Origin: Gemmatimonadota bacterium
GTDB lineage: Bacteria; Gemmatimonadota; Gemmatimonadetes; Palauibacterales; Palauibacteraceae
Direction of reading: 5' to 3'
Assembly (NCBI GenBank): GCA_039588495.1
Contig: JBDGZR010000005.1
Location: forward strand, 1 to 54,791
Length of the DNA stretch: 54,791 nucleotides
This document shows, in pieces, positions 27,706-37,210 of this stretch; position 1 is the first letter of the stretch, and each line of letters begins with the position of its first letter. Below the pieces are notes generated by a model. It had not been told where the DNA came from. It was given only the letters and a program-made list of their open reading frames with translations, and did not search any database. The translations under genes were made by a program, and so were the position numbers.

Positions 27706-29256
27706 GTGAGATACAGCTCGAGGGACAGCAGCCCGGTCGACGAGGTCCTGCTGCGGGATCGCGTGCGCCTCTACCTCCAGGTCCTGTTCTTCATCAACCT
27801 GGCTTTCCTGGCGGCCTCGATCTCGTTCCGGGCTCTTGGCCTGGAGGGAGACGAGGTACACGAGGTCGCGATGGGCCAGCGGATCGTCGGCTATTCGATG
27901 ACGGCGTTGCTGGGTGTGGGCTGGTGGTATACGGCTCGTGGGCGACCGTCACGGGGAGTGCTTCACGCGCTCGAGGCGCTGGGCACGGTGGCGATGGTGC
28001 TGGCTTACACTGCCATCATGAAGATGGCCCCGATCCCCGAAGGTCGGTTCATCGGGCTGCTTCTCGTCTGCATGGTACTCGTTCTTCGAGCGGCCCTCGT
28101 CCCGAGCGCGGTGGGGCGCACGCTGGTCGTCGGCCTGCTGGGGGTCGCGGTCGCCGTGGCGAGCAGCCTCGAGATCGACAGCGACGCACCGATCCAGCAC
28201 CAGCTGTGGTTCGGCGTGCTCGGACTGGCGTTCGTCACGGTGACCGCGGTCACCTCCTCGGTGATCTACGGACTGCGCAGGGAGGTGCGGGCGGCGCGTC
28301 GACTCGGCCAGTACGAGCTCAACCGGAAGATCGGCGAGGGCGGGATGGGCATCGTCTACGAGGCGACGCACGTGATGCTGCGCCGGCCAACGGCCCTGAA
28401 GCTCCTTCCGATCGAGAAGGCGGGAAGGGAGACCGTCTCGAGGTTCGAGCGCGAGGTCAGGCAGACCAGCCGTCTCGAGCATCCGAACAGCGTGTACATC
28501 TTCGACTACGGCCGCACTCCGGAGGGCCAGTTCTACTACGCCATGGAGTATCTGGACGGCTTCGACCTCAAGGATCTCGTGGCGCACGAGGGCCCGCTCG
28601 GCGAGGCTCGAACCAGCCTGGTCCTGCGACAGGCGGCGCGCGCCCTGGCCGAGGCGCACGCCATGGGGCTCGTTCACCGCGACATCAAGCCGTCGAACAT
28701 CATGCTATGCAGCCGAGGCCAGGTTCCCGACACGGTGAAGGTTCTCGATTTCGGCCTCGTGAAGGCGGTGGATGACGGAGGCGGCGACGACCTGTTGACC
28801 AGGGCGGGGACGATCGTCGGGACACCTCACTACATGGCTCCCGAGACCCTCAGGAACACGGTCGACATAGGACCCGAAGCGGATGTCTACGCCCTGGGCG
28901 CGGTCGGGTACTTTTTGCTTACGGGCCGGCACGTGTTCGAGGGCGATTCGGTCGTCGAGGTCTGCGCGCAGCACCTCAAGGACCCGCCTCGGCCGCCGTC
29001 GAATTACCGCGAGGAGCCGGTGGACCCGGGGCTTGAGGCGCTGATCCTGCGCTGCCTGGAAAAGGACCCGGCTGACCGGTTCGCCTCCGGTGCCGAGCTC
29101 GCCGACGCGCTCGAATCTTTCGAGATCCCGGGCTGGGGCCGCGAGGAGGCCGGTAGATGGTGGCAGGCTCACCGGCCGGCGCGGGAACAGCCCGAAGGTC
29201 CCGAGGGGGAGATGCGGCCTCACCTGGACATCGATATGGCGGCTCGGAGCGACTGA
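27706..29256 (+). CDS. Hanks-type Ser/Thr kinase with multi-TM N-terminus
   Basis: IGEGGMG, ALKL, HRDIKPSN, DFG, GTPHYMAPE; GGAGG plus GTG 27706 (ATG 27688 alternative). Confidence 0.9.
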   Translation: MRYSSRDSSPVDEVLLRDRVRLYLQVLFFINLAFLAASISFRALGLEGDEVHEVAMGQRIVGYSMTALLGVGWWYTARGRPSRGVLHALEALGTVAMVLAYTAIMKMAPIPEGRFIGLLLVCMVLVLRAALVPSAVGRTLVVGLLGVAVAVASSLEIDSDAPIQHQLWFGVLGLAFVTVTAVTSSVIYGLRREVRAARRLGQYELNRKIGEGGMGIVYEATHVMLRRPTALKLLPIEKAGRETVSRFEREVRQTSRLEHPNSVYIFDYGRTPEGQFYYAMEYLDGFDLKDLVAHEGPLGEARTSLVLRQAARALAEAHAMGLVHRDIKPSNIMLCSRGQVPDTVKVLDFGLVKAVDDGGGDDLLTRAGTIVGTPHYMAPETLRNTVDIGPEADVYALGAVGYFLLTGRHVFEGDSVVEVCAQHLKDPPRPPSNYREEPVDPGLEALILRCLEKDPADRFASGAELADALESFEIPGWGREEAGRWWQAHRPAREQPEGPEGEMRPHLDIDMAARSD

Positions 29257-29329
29257 TATGCCTGGATTCCCGCCTACTATGTGCCGTCGCCCTCTACCTG
29301 TACACCTGTACACCTGGAGGGCGAGGTAC

Positions 29330-30073
29330 ATGAGTACGAACAGCAGGCGCAGGTGGCTGGCCGGTCTGCTGCTGGCAGTCGCAGGCTTAGGCCTCTTCTC
29401 GTCCCCGCTCCACGCCCAGGAAGAGGACCGCGAGCCGAAGGACGAGCTGGGCATCTGGCTCATGTACTTCGGCAGGAACCGGTTCTCGGACAGGTCGAGC
29501 TTCCATTCCGAGCTGCAGCTTCGCCAGTGGGAGCTGTTCCAGAACTACAACCAGCTTCTCGTTCGCGTCGGCTACAACTTCGATATCAACCCCGACAACA
29601 TGGCCACGGCGGGCTACACGTTCGTGGACACCTCGCCCTTCGACGACACCGGGCTATCGACGAATGAGCACCAACTCTGGCAGCAGTTCCTGCAGCGAGC
29701 GAAGCTGGGCCGCGTCGCCTTCGAGCATCGATTCCGGGTCGAAGAGCGCTGGATCCTCGGGAATGCGGACACGAACTTCCTCGTGCGGCTTCGCTACCGC
29801 CTCCTGGTGAACGTGACGCTGGGCCGGCCGGCCACCTTCCCCTTCTTCCTCAGCTTCTACGATGAGGTGATGGTCAACCTCCAGGGCGACGCGTTCGACC
29901 AGAACCGGCTGTATGGCGCGTTCGCCTACGCACTCGACGACAGGGGTTCGAGCGTGCAGGTCGGGTACATGCTCAATACGTTCAGCGGCGAGAACCGGAA
30001 CCGCCTGCAGGTGGCGTTCTTTTTCAATCCGGACCTGCGGCCCGGATCCGGACGCCAAGGAAAGGCGCAGTGA
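29330..30073 (+). CDS. DUF2490 outer-membrane beta-barrel protein
   Basis: Signal peptide; EHRFRVEERW, RLRYR, YDEV..N, FDQNRLYG. Confidence 0.85.
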   Translation: MSTNSRRRWLAGLLLAVAGLGLFSSPLHAQEEDREPKDELGIWLMYFGRNRFSDRSSFHSELQLRQWELFQNYNQLLVRVGYNFDINPDNMATAGYTFVDTSPFDDTGLSTNEHQLWQQFLQRAKLGRVAFEHRFRVEERWILGNADTNFLVRLRYRLLVNVTLGRPATFPFFLSFYDEVMVNLQGDAFDQNRLYGAFAYALDDRGSSVQVGYMLNTFSGENRNRLQVAFFFNPDLRPGSGRQGKAQ

Positions 30074-30128
30074 TGATCACCGCGCCGGAAGCAAGGAGAC
30101 ACGGAAACGCGGAGACACGGAGCAGCGA

Positions 30129-30917
30129 ATGACAGGAGCTGACCAGCAGGCCTCGCTCGAGGGCGTCCTCAAGGACGAGATCCTCCGCATGTATCAGGAG
30201 GTCGCCGACAATCCGGACGCCGAGTTCCACTTCTTTCACGGCCGCGAGGCGGCGGAGATGTTCGGCTACGATCCCGAATGGCTCGACCGCGCGCCGGCCG
30301 GCGCCGTCGATTCGTTCGCCGGGGTCGGAAACCCGCACGAGCGGGCGGAGCTGAAGCCGGGCGAGACGGTTCTGGACCTCGGGAGCGGGGCCGGGCTCGA
30401 CGCGATCATCTCCTCCTGGCGGGTCGGTCCGGAGGGAAGGGTGATCGGCGTCGACCTGAACCCATCCATGTGCCGGAAGGCGCAGGCGAACCTCGCGGCG
30501 ACCGGCGGCGCGATGGAATGCCACGAGGGCCGGATGGAGGAGATCCCCCTTCCGGACGCCTCCGCCGACGTGGTCATCTCGAACGGCGTCGTCAACCTCT
30601 CGTTCCAGAAGCGCCGGGTGGTTGAGGAGATGTTCCGGGTGCTCAAGCCCGGCGGCCGGATCTCGATTACGGACATCGTGAGCGGCCGGGAGCTCTCTCA
30701 ATCGATCGTCAACGACCCCAAGCTCTGGGCCGCCTGAATAGGAGGAGCTCTCCTGGAAGGAGAGATGTTCGAGTTGCTCGAGGACGCCGGCTTCACGGAC
30801 GTGCGAACGGCCGTCGTGCCTGGCTTCCAGTTCAGGAAGGAATCGACCCGGAACGCGGCGGAGGAGTATGGCGTGAAGGCGGTGATGATCATGGCCGCCA
30901 AGCCGGCCGAGGGCTGA
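30129..30917 (+). CDS. Selenocysteine-containing ArsM-like SAM-dependent methyltransferase (Sec at TGA 30735-30737, 262 aa)
   Basis: VLDLGSGAG, ADVVISN, RVLKPGG; LWAA-TGA-IGGAL matches ArsM W..CI.GA; the frame continues 59 codons; SECIS-like hairpin follows. Confidence 0.85.
30748..30764 (+). promoter_or_regulatory. Putative bacterial SECIS hairpin
   Basis: CUCUCCU-GGA-AGGAGAG, a perfect 7-bp stem starting 10 nt after the UGA, with a G-led loop. Confidence 0.75.
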
Positions 30918-30941
30918 GGGCGAGGAAAGAGAGGTGCTCGC

Positions 30942-32888
30942 ATGCACAAACCGGCAACGACAATCGCTGCCGCGTGTTTGACCGTTTCGCTGGTGGGGCT
31001 CTTCTCGGCGGCCTGCTCGCCCGGCCCGGAATCGACCGGAGCGCCGGGGGAGCTGGAGGAGACGATCGTCTACAGCACCATCCGGCCGGCGAACTGGGAC
31101 CTTTACCTGTTCGACGAAACCGGCGCCGCGCCGCAGCCCCTGACGACAAGTCCCTCGCCCGACTACAACCCGGTGTTCTCTCCGGATGGCCGGTGGGTCG
31201 TCTTCACGTCGGACCGCCATGGCACCGCCGACCTGTTCGCGCTCGATCTGAGTAGCCCCGGGGAGCCCCTGAGGCTCACCTCGAGCGACGCCATGGAGGA
31301 CGCCGCCGCATTTTCTCCCGACGGACGACAGTTGGCTTTCGTCAGCACGGCGACCGGGGATCCTGACATCTTCGTCATGCCGTTCCAGCCGGAAGGGCCG
31401 GGCACGGCAGCCGGCGCTGTCAACCTCACGCAGAACGAGGGAGGCGATTTCAACCCGGCGTTTTCCCCCGACGGCGAGTGGATCGCCTTTTCCAGCAATC
31501 GGGCGACGCCCGATGACCTCTTCTGGTCGGCCGGGGCGCCGGACGACTACAGGGCCGGCGACGTCTTCGTGATGCGGCCGGACGGGACGGATGTGAAGAG
31601 GCTCACCGAGGACCCGGGCTGGGAGGGGTCTCCCGCCTGGGGCCCCGACGGCACCCTGTACTTCTACTCGCAGCGTGAGGGTGACGCGGCGGATCGTGAC
31701 GCGATCTCGGAGTCGGTCGGCTCCGGTGGGCTGATCACCCGGATCTACCGGATGAACGCGGACGGATCCGGGCTCGAGGCGGTCAGCGCGAGCGGCGAGA
31801 GCGCTCTTTCCCCCGCAGTCGTCACCGACGGCCGCGTCGCGTTCTCGGCGTTGCGCGACGGCAGGTGGACGATCGTCTCCTCCGAGCCCGACGGTTCGGA
31901 CCTCCGTGTAGAGGGTGATATGGAGCGCGACTACTGGGCACCGGCGTACGATCCGAATTCCGGCCGCATCGTCGCATTCGGACCGGGAGAGGACGAGCCG
32001 GCGACCCGCTTCGAGACCGACGCGCCGGGACCGTTTCTCGCGAACCCGCCGCACAGCGTGGAGCTGCCCGATCGCAGGCTGAAGCTCCACGCGGTCCGAG
32101 GCTATCTCCCGACACTCGACCCGGAGGCAGGCGAGGTAGCCACGAGCGAAGGCTTCAGTCGTCTCGTGGTCAGCCGGCTGGATGGAACGAACAAGCGAAT
32201 CGTCTTCGACAGCGCAGGAGAGGATCGTTATCGGGGAGACCTCGGGGTGTTCGGCCCCACCTGGTCGGATGACGGCGCCTGGCTCGCGTTCGGCGTCGGG
32301 CTACCGTTCTCACCCGTTGCGGACGTCGACATCTGGAAGAGCCGCGCCGATGGCACCGAGGCGGTGAACCTCACTCCCGATTCCGATGCCAACGACGCGC
32401 TGCCGGATTTCTCCCCGGACGGCCGGCGCATCGTCTTCCGCAGCACGCGGGACGGGAACAAAGAGATCTACCTGATGAACGCCGATGGAACCGGCCCGCG
32501 GCGCCTGACGGAGTCGGAGGCGACGAACACGATGCCGTCGTTCTCGTCGAGCGGAGACCGCGTAGCCTTCGTGTCGACGCGCGACGGAGACTACGAGATC
32601 TATATCGTCGACCTGGCGGAAGATGGGAGCCCCGGCACGCTTCAGCGGATGACGAACAGCCCGGGCCGCGACATGCACCCGAAGTTCTCGCCGGACGACA
32701 AGTGGATGCTGTTCGCCTCCCAGCGCGGGGGCTTTGGCGACGAGGTGCCGCTGCTCAGGGTCATCTTCCAGCCCCAACCATACGGAGAGGTGTTCGCGAT
32801 GCGCCTGGAGGATGGCGAGGTCTTTCGCCTGACCCAGAACAAGTGGGAGGACGGACCGGCCGCGTGGGGACCGTCTCCGGGCAAGTGA
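30942..32888 (+). CDS. TolB-like/PD40 beta-propeller lipoprotein
   Basis: Lipobox SAAC; many P.FSPDG repeats. Confidence 0.85.
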   Translation: MHKPATTIAAACLTVSLVGLFSAACSPGPESTGAPGELEETIVYSTIRPANWDLYLFDETGAAPQPLTTSPSPDYNPVFSPDGRWVVFTSDRHGTADLFALDLSSPGEPLRLTSSDAMEDAAAFSPDGRQLAFVSTATGDPDIFVMPFQPEGPGTAAGAVNLTQNEGGDFNPAFSPDGEWIAFSSNRATPDDLFWSAGAPDDYRAGDVFVMRPDGTDVKRLTEDPGWEGSPAWGPDGTLYFYSQREGDAADRDAISESVGSGGLITRIYRMNADGSGLEAVSASGESALSPAVVTDGRVAFSALRDGRWTIVSSEPDGSDLRVEGDMERDYWAPAYDPNSGRIVAFGPGEDEPATRFETDAPGPFLANPPHSVELPDRRLKLHAVRGYLPTLDPEAGEVATSEGFSRLVVSRLDGTNKRIVFDSAGEDRYRGDLGVFGPTWSDDGAWLAFGVGLPFSPVADVDIWKSRADGTEAVNLTPDSDANDALPDFSPDGRRIVFRSTRDGNKEIYLMNADGTGPRRLTESEATNTMPSFSSSGDRVAFVSTRDGDYEIYIVDLAEDGSPGTLQRMTNSPGRDMHPKFSPDDKWMLFASQRGGFGDEVPLLRVIFQPQPYGEVFAMRLEDGEVFRLTQNKWEDGPAAWGPSPGK

Positions 32889-32900
32889 ACTGAGCGACCG

Positions 32901-33758
32901 ATGAGCCAGGCGTTCACCGTCGCCCTGATCCAGAACTGTGCCGGGCCCGAGGTCGAGGCCAACATCGCCGAGACCCTGGCCATGAGCCGCGAGGCGGCCG
33001 ACCGGGGCGCCTCGCTCATCTGCCTGCCGGAGTACTTCAGCGCGCTCTCGTCGGAGGGGCCGAAGCTCACCATGGAGGCCTTCGAGGAGGAGGCCCATCC
33101 CGCCCTCCCGGCCTACGCCGAGCTGGCGCGCGAGCTTGAGATCTGGGTGCTGCTGGGCTCGCTGCCGATCGCGGCGGCCGGCGGCAGATTTCATAACCGC
33201 AGCTACCTCATCGGCCCGGACGGGGTGGTGGCCCGGCGCTATGGCAAGATCCACCTCTTCGACGTGGACCTGGCCGGGGACGAGCGTTATCGCGAGTCGG
33301 AGACCGTCGAGCCCGGAGGAGAAGCGGTAACGGCCGAGCTCCCCTGGGGCAGGCTCGGGATGACGATCTGCTATGACCTTCGGTTTCCAAACCTATACCG
33401 GACGCTGGCCCAGGCCGGGGCCGATTTCCTGGCAGTGCCCGCCGCGTTCACGAGGACCAGCGGCGAGGCTCACTGGCATGTCCTGAACAGGGCGCGTGCG
33501 ATCGAGAACGGCGCCTACATCCTCGCCCCCTGCCAGTGCGGCGAGCACGCCGGTGGAGGTCAGACTTACGGCCATTCACTGGTCGTCGACCCCTGGGGAA
33601 GGGTGCTGGCCGATGGTGGCGACGAGCCCGGCATCGTCCTGAGTGAGATCGACCCTACCAAGGTTGTCGAGGCGCGCGTCATGATCCCCTCGCTACGCCA
33701 CGACCGGCCCTTCGAGCGCATCGGGAAATGCCCTGAGGTTGGTGACGATTGTCACTGA
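32901..33758 (+). CDS. Carbon-nitrogen hydrolase (Nit1/deaminated glutathione amidase-like)
   Basis: LPEY, YGKIHLFD, ICYDLRFP triad; HW..L.RARAIEN, GHSLVVDPWG. Confidence 0.9.
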   Translation: MSQAFTVALIQNCAGPEVEANIAETLAMSREAADRGASLICLPEYFSALSSEGPKLTMEAFEEEAHPALPAYAELARELEIWVLLGSLPIAAAGGRFHNRSYLIGPDGVVARRYGKIHLFDVDLAGDERYRESETVEPGGEAVTAELPWGRLGMTICYDLRFPNLYRTLAQAGADFLAVPAAFTRTSGEAHWHVLNRARAIENGAYILAPCQCGEHAGGGQTYGHSLVVDPWGRVLADGGDEPGIVLSEIDPTKVVEARVMIPSLRHDRPFERIGKCPEVGDDCH

Positions 33759-33819
33759 ACCGGGAAGTCCTCAGCCGGCGCTCAGCGCGGCCGCCAGATC
33801 CGCTTGGTAATGATCCGTA

Positions 33820-34854
33820 TTAGTCGTCCCACGGGAAGATCGTGCGCCAGTCGTCCTTCATGCTGACGATCGTGATGCCCCAGCGCTCCGCCTCGTCGAG
33901 GCCCTTGTCGAGACGACCGATCCTCGACTCTCGGTCGTAGGCGTACTCGCGCTCCGCGTCGTCGTGGTGGACGAGGAACATCAGCTTCGCCCCGTCGCCG
34001 CCCGCGGCGTACTGGAGCATCGGCAGATCGCCGTCGGAGTTGCCGAACGCGGCGATCGGCCGCCGGCCGATAAAGCGCTTGATCGCCACCGGCTTGCCTT
34101 CCTTGTCACCGAAGAAGTGGAGCTCGGGCAGGCGCATGAGGAACGTGCTGTCGCCCTCGACGCGGAACTCGGTCTCGATGCTGCTGCCGATGACCTGGTC
34201 GGGTGGGATGCCGTAGGCTTGCTCGGCAAAGGTACGCATGAACTCGATGCCGCCGGCCGAGGCGATGAACGTCTTGAAGCCGTTGGTGCGCAGAAAGCGC
34301 AGCACTTCCAGCATCGGCTGGTAGATGATCTCGTCGAACGGGCGATCGAAGCGAGGGTGCCGCGCCGTGTCCAGCCACTCTCGGGCGATGACGCTGAACT
34401 CCTCGGCGGTGAGGCCGGCATGCGTCGCGGCAACGACCTGGCCGAGCTCCGCGAGGCCCATCTGCCCCAGCGCCTCCCGATCGTCCTCGAGGATCGCCTT
34501 GAACGGCTGTTCGGCCCTCCACTCGGGGTGATCGTCGGCCATCGAGCGCACCCGGTCCACGGCGAACAGCAGCTGGAAGTACAGCGGATTCTCGGCCCAC
34601 AGGGTGCCGTCGTTGTCGAACGTGGCGATCCGCTCACTCGCGGGCACGAAGGAAGGACTCGCCGGGTTGGTGACTGCGGCGACGAAGTCGAGGATCCGTT
34701 GCTTCGCGTCCCCGTCGTTCCAGGAGGGCAACGGGTTGGACCAGGTATCATCCAAGGGGGGGCTCTCACTCTGCGGTGCGCTATCGCCCGGCGGGCTGCA
34801 AGCTACCAGGAGGGTCAGAGCCGCGGAGCCTGCGATCTTGCTTGCGATGGTCAT
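33820..34854 (-). CDS. HAD family phosphatase lipoprotein
   Basis: FDNDGTLW, YQPMLE, GKP, AFGNSDGD; lipobox LVAC. Confidence 0.9.
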   Translation of the reverse strand: MTIASKIAGSAALTLLVACSPPGDSAPQSESPPLDDTWSNPLPSWNDGDAKQRILDFVAAVTNPASPSFVPASERIATFDNDGTLWAENPLYFQLLFAVDRVRSMADDHPEWRAEQPFKAILEDDREALGQMGLAELGQVVAATHAGLTAEEFSVIAREWLDTARHPRFDRPFDEIIYQPMLEVLRFLRTNGFKTFIASAGGIEFMRTFAEQAYGIPPDQVIGSSIETEFRVEGDSTFLMRLPELHFFGDKEGKPVAIKRFIGRRPIAAFGNSDGDLPMLQYAAGGDGAKLMFLVHHDDAEREYAYDRESRIGRLDKGLDEAERWGITIVSMKDDWRTIFPWDD

Positions 34855-34894
34855 TGGAAGAGTTCCTTGAAGGATTGACGCTTACAGTAGAGGC

Positions 34895-34923
34895 AAAGAG
34901 ACGGGCCCGAAGGCCCGCCTCTC
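34895..34923 (-). terminator. Intrinsic terminator after arylsulfatase
   Basis: Minus strand GAGAGGCGGGCC-UUCG-GGCCCGUCUCUUU. Confidence 0.7.
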
Positions 34924-34937
34924 GGGTTGCTGGTCAA

Positions 34938-36518
34938 CTAGTGGCTCGGCGGTGACAGCTTCTCCATCACCTGGTCGATGGTGAAGCTGGCGGGGGTCTG
35001 ACGCGGCGGGAACTCCTGGAACGTCGCCAGGAACTTTCCGACGTATTGCTGCGCCGGCACAAGCAGGAAGATCCGGTCGATCAGCCAGTCGTAGTAGGTG
35101 TTCGACGTCTCGATCGCCCTCTCGTATGGGTCTCGTCGCAAGTTGAAGACGAGCGGGATGCGCAGCTGTATCCATGGATCGATCCACGCACGGAGTCCCG
35201 CATCCGAACGCTGCTCCAAGAACATCAGCTTCCAATCGGCGTAACGCAGCGCCGTCAGGTCACCGGTGTCGGAGAAGTAGAAGATCTCCTTTCGGGGACT
35301 CACGTCGGTTTGGCCGGTCAGGAGCGGCAGGATGTCGTAGCCGTCCAAATGGACCTTGTAGTCCCGGCCCATCGCACTCGACGTGTAGCCGTCCAGCAGG
35401 TCGGCCTTGATGCCCTCCTTGCCGGCGACCGCTGCTAGCGTCGGAAGCCAGTCCATGTGGTGGACGATCTCGTTCGAAACCGAACCGGCCGGGATCTGAC
35501 CCGGCCAGCGGACCATCGCGGGCACGCGCCAGCCACCCTCCCAGTTCGTGTTCTTCTCGCCATGGAAAGGCGACCAGGCCGCGTCGGGCCACGTGGTCAT
35601 GTGCGGGCCGTTGTCGGTGCTGTAGAACACCATGGTGTTGTCGGCGATGCCGAGCTCGTCGAGCAGGTCGAGGAACTTCCCGATGTGCATGTCGTGCTCG
35701 ACCATGCCGTCGGCGTACTCGTCCTGCCCCGAGATCCCCCGCAGCTCCGGCTTCACGTGTGTGCGGAAGTGCATCCGGGTCCCATTCCACCACACGAACC
35801 ACGGGGTGCCGGCGGCTTCCGCATCGCGAATGAAGCGGAGCGCCGCCTCGACCGTCTCGTCGTCGATCGTCTCCATGCGCTTCTTGGTGAGCGGTCCCGT
35901 GTCCTCGACCCTCTGCGTCCCGTCCGGATTGGCCCAGCTGTGGATGACGCCGCGCGGACCGAATGCTTCGTGGAAGGTACGCCCATCGGCCAGGACCATC
36001 TCGCCCGGATAGTCCTCGTTCTCGGGCTCCTCTTCGGCGTTCAGGTGGTAGAGATTCCCGAGAAACTCGTCGAAGCCGTGGTTCGTCGGCAGGAACTCAT
36101 CCCGGTCCCCGAGGTGGTTCTTGCCGAACTGTCCCGTGGTGTAGCCCTGATCCTTGAGGATGACGGCGATCGTCGGATCCTCGACCTGCAGGCCCAGATC
36201 GGCGCCCGGAAGACCGACCTTCGACAGGCCGGTTCGGAAGACGCTTTGCCCGGTGATCCAGGAGGAGCGGCCGGCCGTGCAGCTCTGCTCGCCGTAGTAG
36301 TCGGTGAACATCATGCCTTCGTTGGCGATCCGGTCGATGTTCGGCGTTCGGTAGCCCACCATGCCCATCGTGTAGGCGCTGATGTTGGACTGGCCGATGT
36401 CATCGCCCCAGACCACCAGGATGTTGGGCTTGTCCTGGGCGAATCCTGGCGAGGCGCCGAGTGCGGCGAACAGCAGGACCGCCGCCGCTAAGAGAGGCCT
36501 CTTCATGTGTCCCTTCAT
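34938..36518 (-). CDS. Arylsulfatase (Cys-type, FGly motif)
   Basis: PNILVVWGDDIG, SCTAGR, GKNHLG, TDNG, GEK, WEGG.RVP; signal peptide. Confidence 0.95.
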   Translation of the reverse strand: MKGHMKRPLLAAAVLLFAALGASPGFAQDKPNILVVWGDDIGQSNISAYTMGMVGYRTPNIDRIANEGMMFTDYYGEQSCTAGRSSWITGQSVFRTGLSKVGLPGADLGLQVEDPTIAVILKDQGYTTGQFGKNHLGDRDEFLPTNHGFDEFLGNLYHLNAEEEPENEDYPGEMVLADGRTFHEAFGPRGVIHSWANPDGTQRVEDTGPLTKKRMETIDDETVEAALRFIRDAEAAGTPWFVWWNGTRMHFRTHVKPELRGISGQDEYADGMVEHDMHIGKFLDLLDELGIADNTMVFYSTDNGPHMTTWPDAAWSPFHGEKNTNWEGGWRVPAMVRWPGQIPAGSVSNEIVHHMDWLPTLAAVAGKEGIKADLLDGYTSSAMGRDYKVHLDGYDILPLLTGQTDVSPRKEIFYFSDTGDLTALRYADWKLMFLEQRSDAGLRAWIDPWIQLRIPLVFNLRRDPYERAIETSNTYYDWLIDRIFLLVPAQQYVGKFLATFQEFPPRQTPASFTIDQVMEKLSPPSH

Positions 36519-36693
36519 GCTCAGTTCTCCTCCGTGGGAATTCAAACCTCCGAAATGTCTAAGCGCTCAATTACCAACCGTACACTCACGTATGTCAAGA
36601 GGAGTTACCCGGGGTGGCTGGCGGGTCGTTGCATGGGCGCCCGACTGACCCGACTGAACGGAGCCCGCCGTGGTCTTCTGAAGGAAGCCGCTG

Positions 36694-37113
36694 CTAGCTC
36701 TCGAGGCCCCGGAGCTCACGCTCCAACCGGCGAGTCTCATTACGAAGACGGGACTTCTGGGCGAGATCGCTCGCGGCGTTGTACTCGGCCTCCAGCTTGG
36801 CGAGCTGGTTTCGAACCTCTTCCGCTTGCTGCGCGCGCTCGACCTTGGCTTGCGCCCGATCGAACATGATGTGGTCGGGGTGCGCCTGTATCGCTTCGTC
36901 GGCACGTCTCGCCTCTGAATCGGGGAGGATCGCCTCACCCGCCTCCAATTGTCTACCTACCTCATAGACGGGGCTGACGATCTCGATTCCGGCTCCGTGC
37001 AGGGTGTCGAGGACCGCTGCCCGCAGCTGAGCCCGCGCCTGCAGCAGGTGGGACGAGCAGTTCGACAGCCGGCCGCCCACGGAGGACATCAACAATAACG
37101 ACCTCAGCTTCAC
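36694..37113 (-). pseudogene. C-terminal fragment of an MscS-family mechanosensitive channel
   Basis: AR..LRAAVLDTLHGAGIEIVSP plus coiled-coil tail; no TM region and no convincing start. Confidence 0.6.
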
Positions 37114-37210
37114 GACCTCGCTCGGCTGGACTTTCTAGTCGCCGGCCCCGCAGTCGGGCCGCCGGCTGCGGCGTCGCCTACCTGTCAGGCCCTGGCATCG
37201 ACGGGCCACG

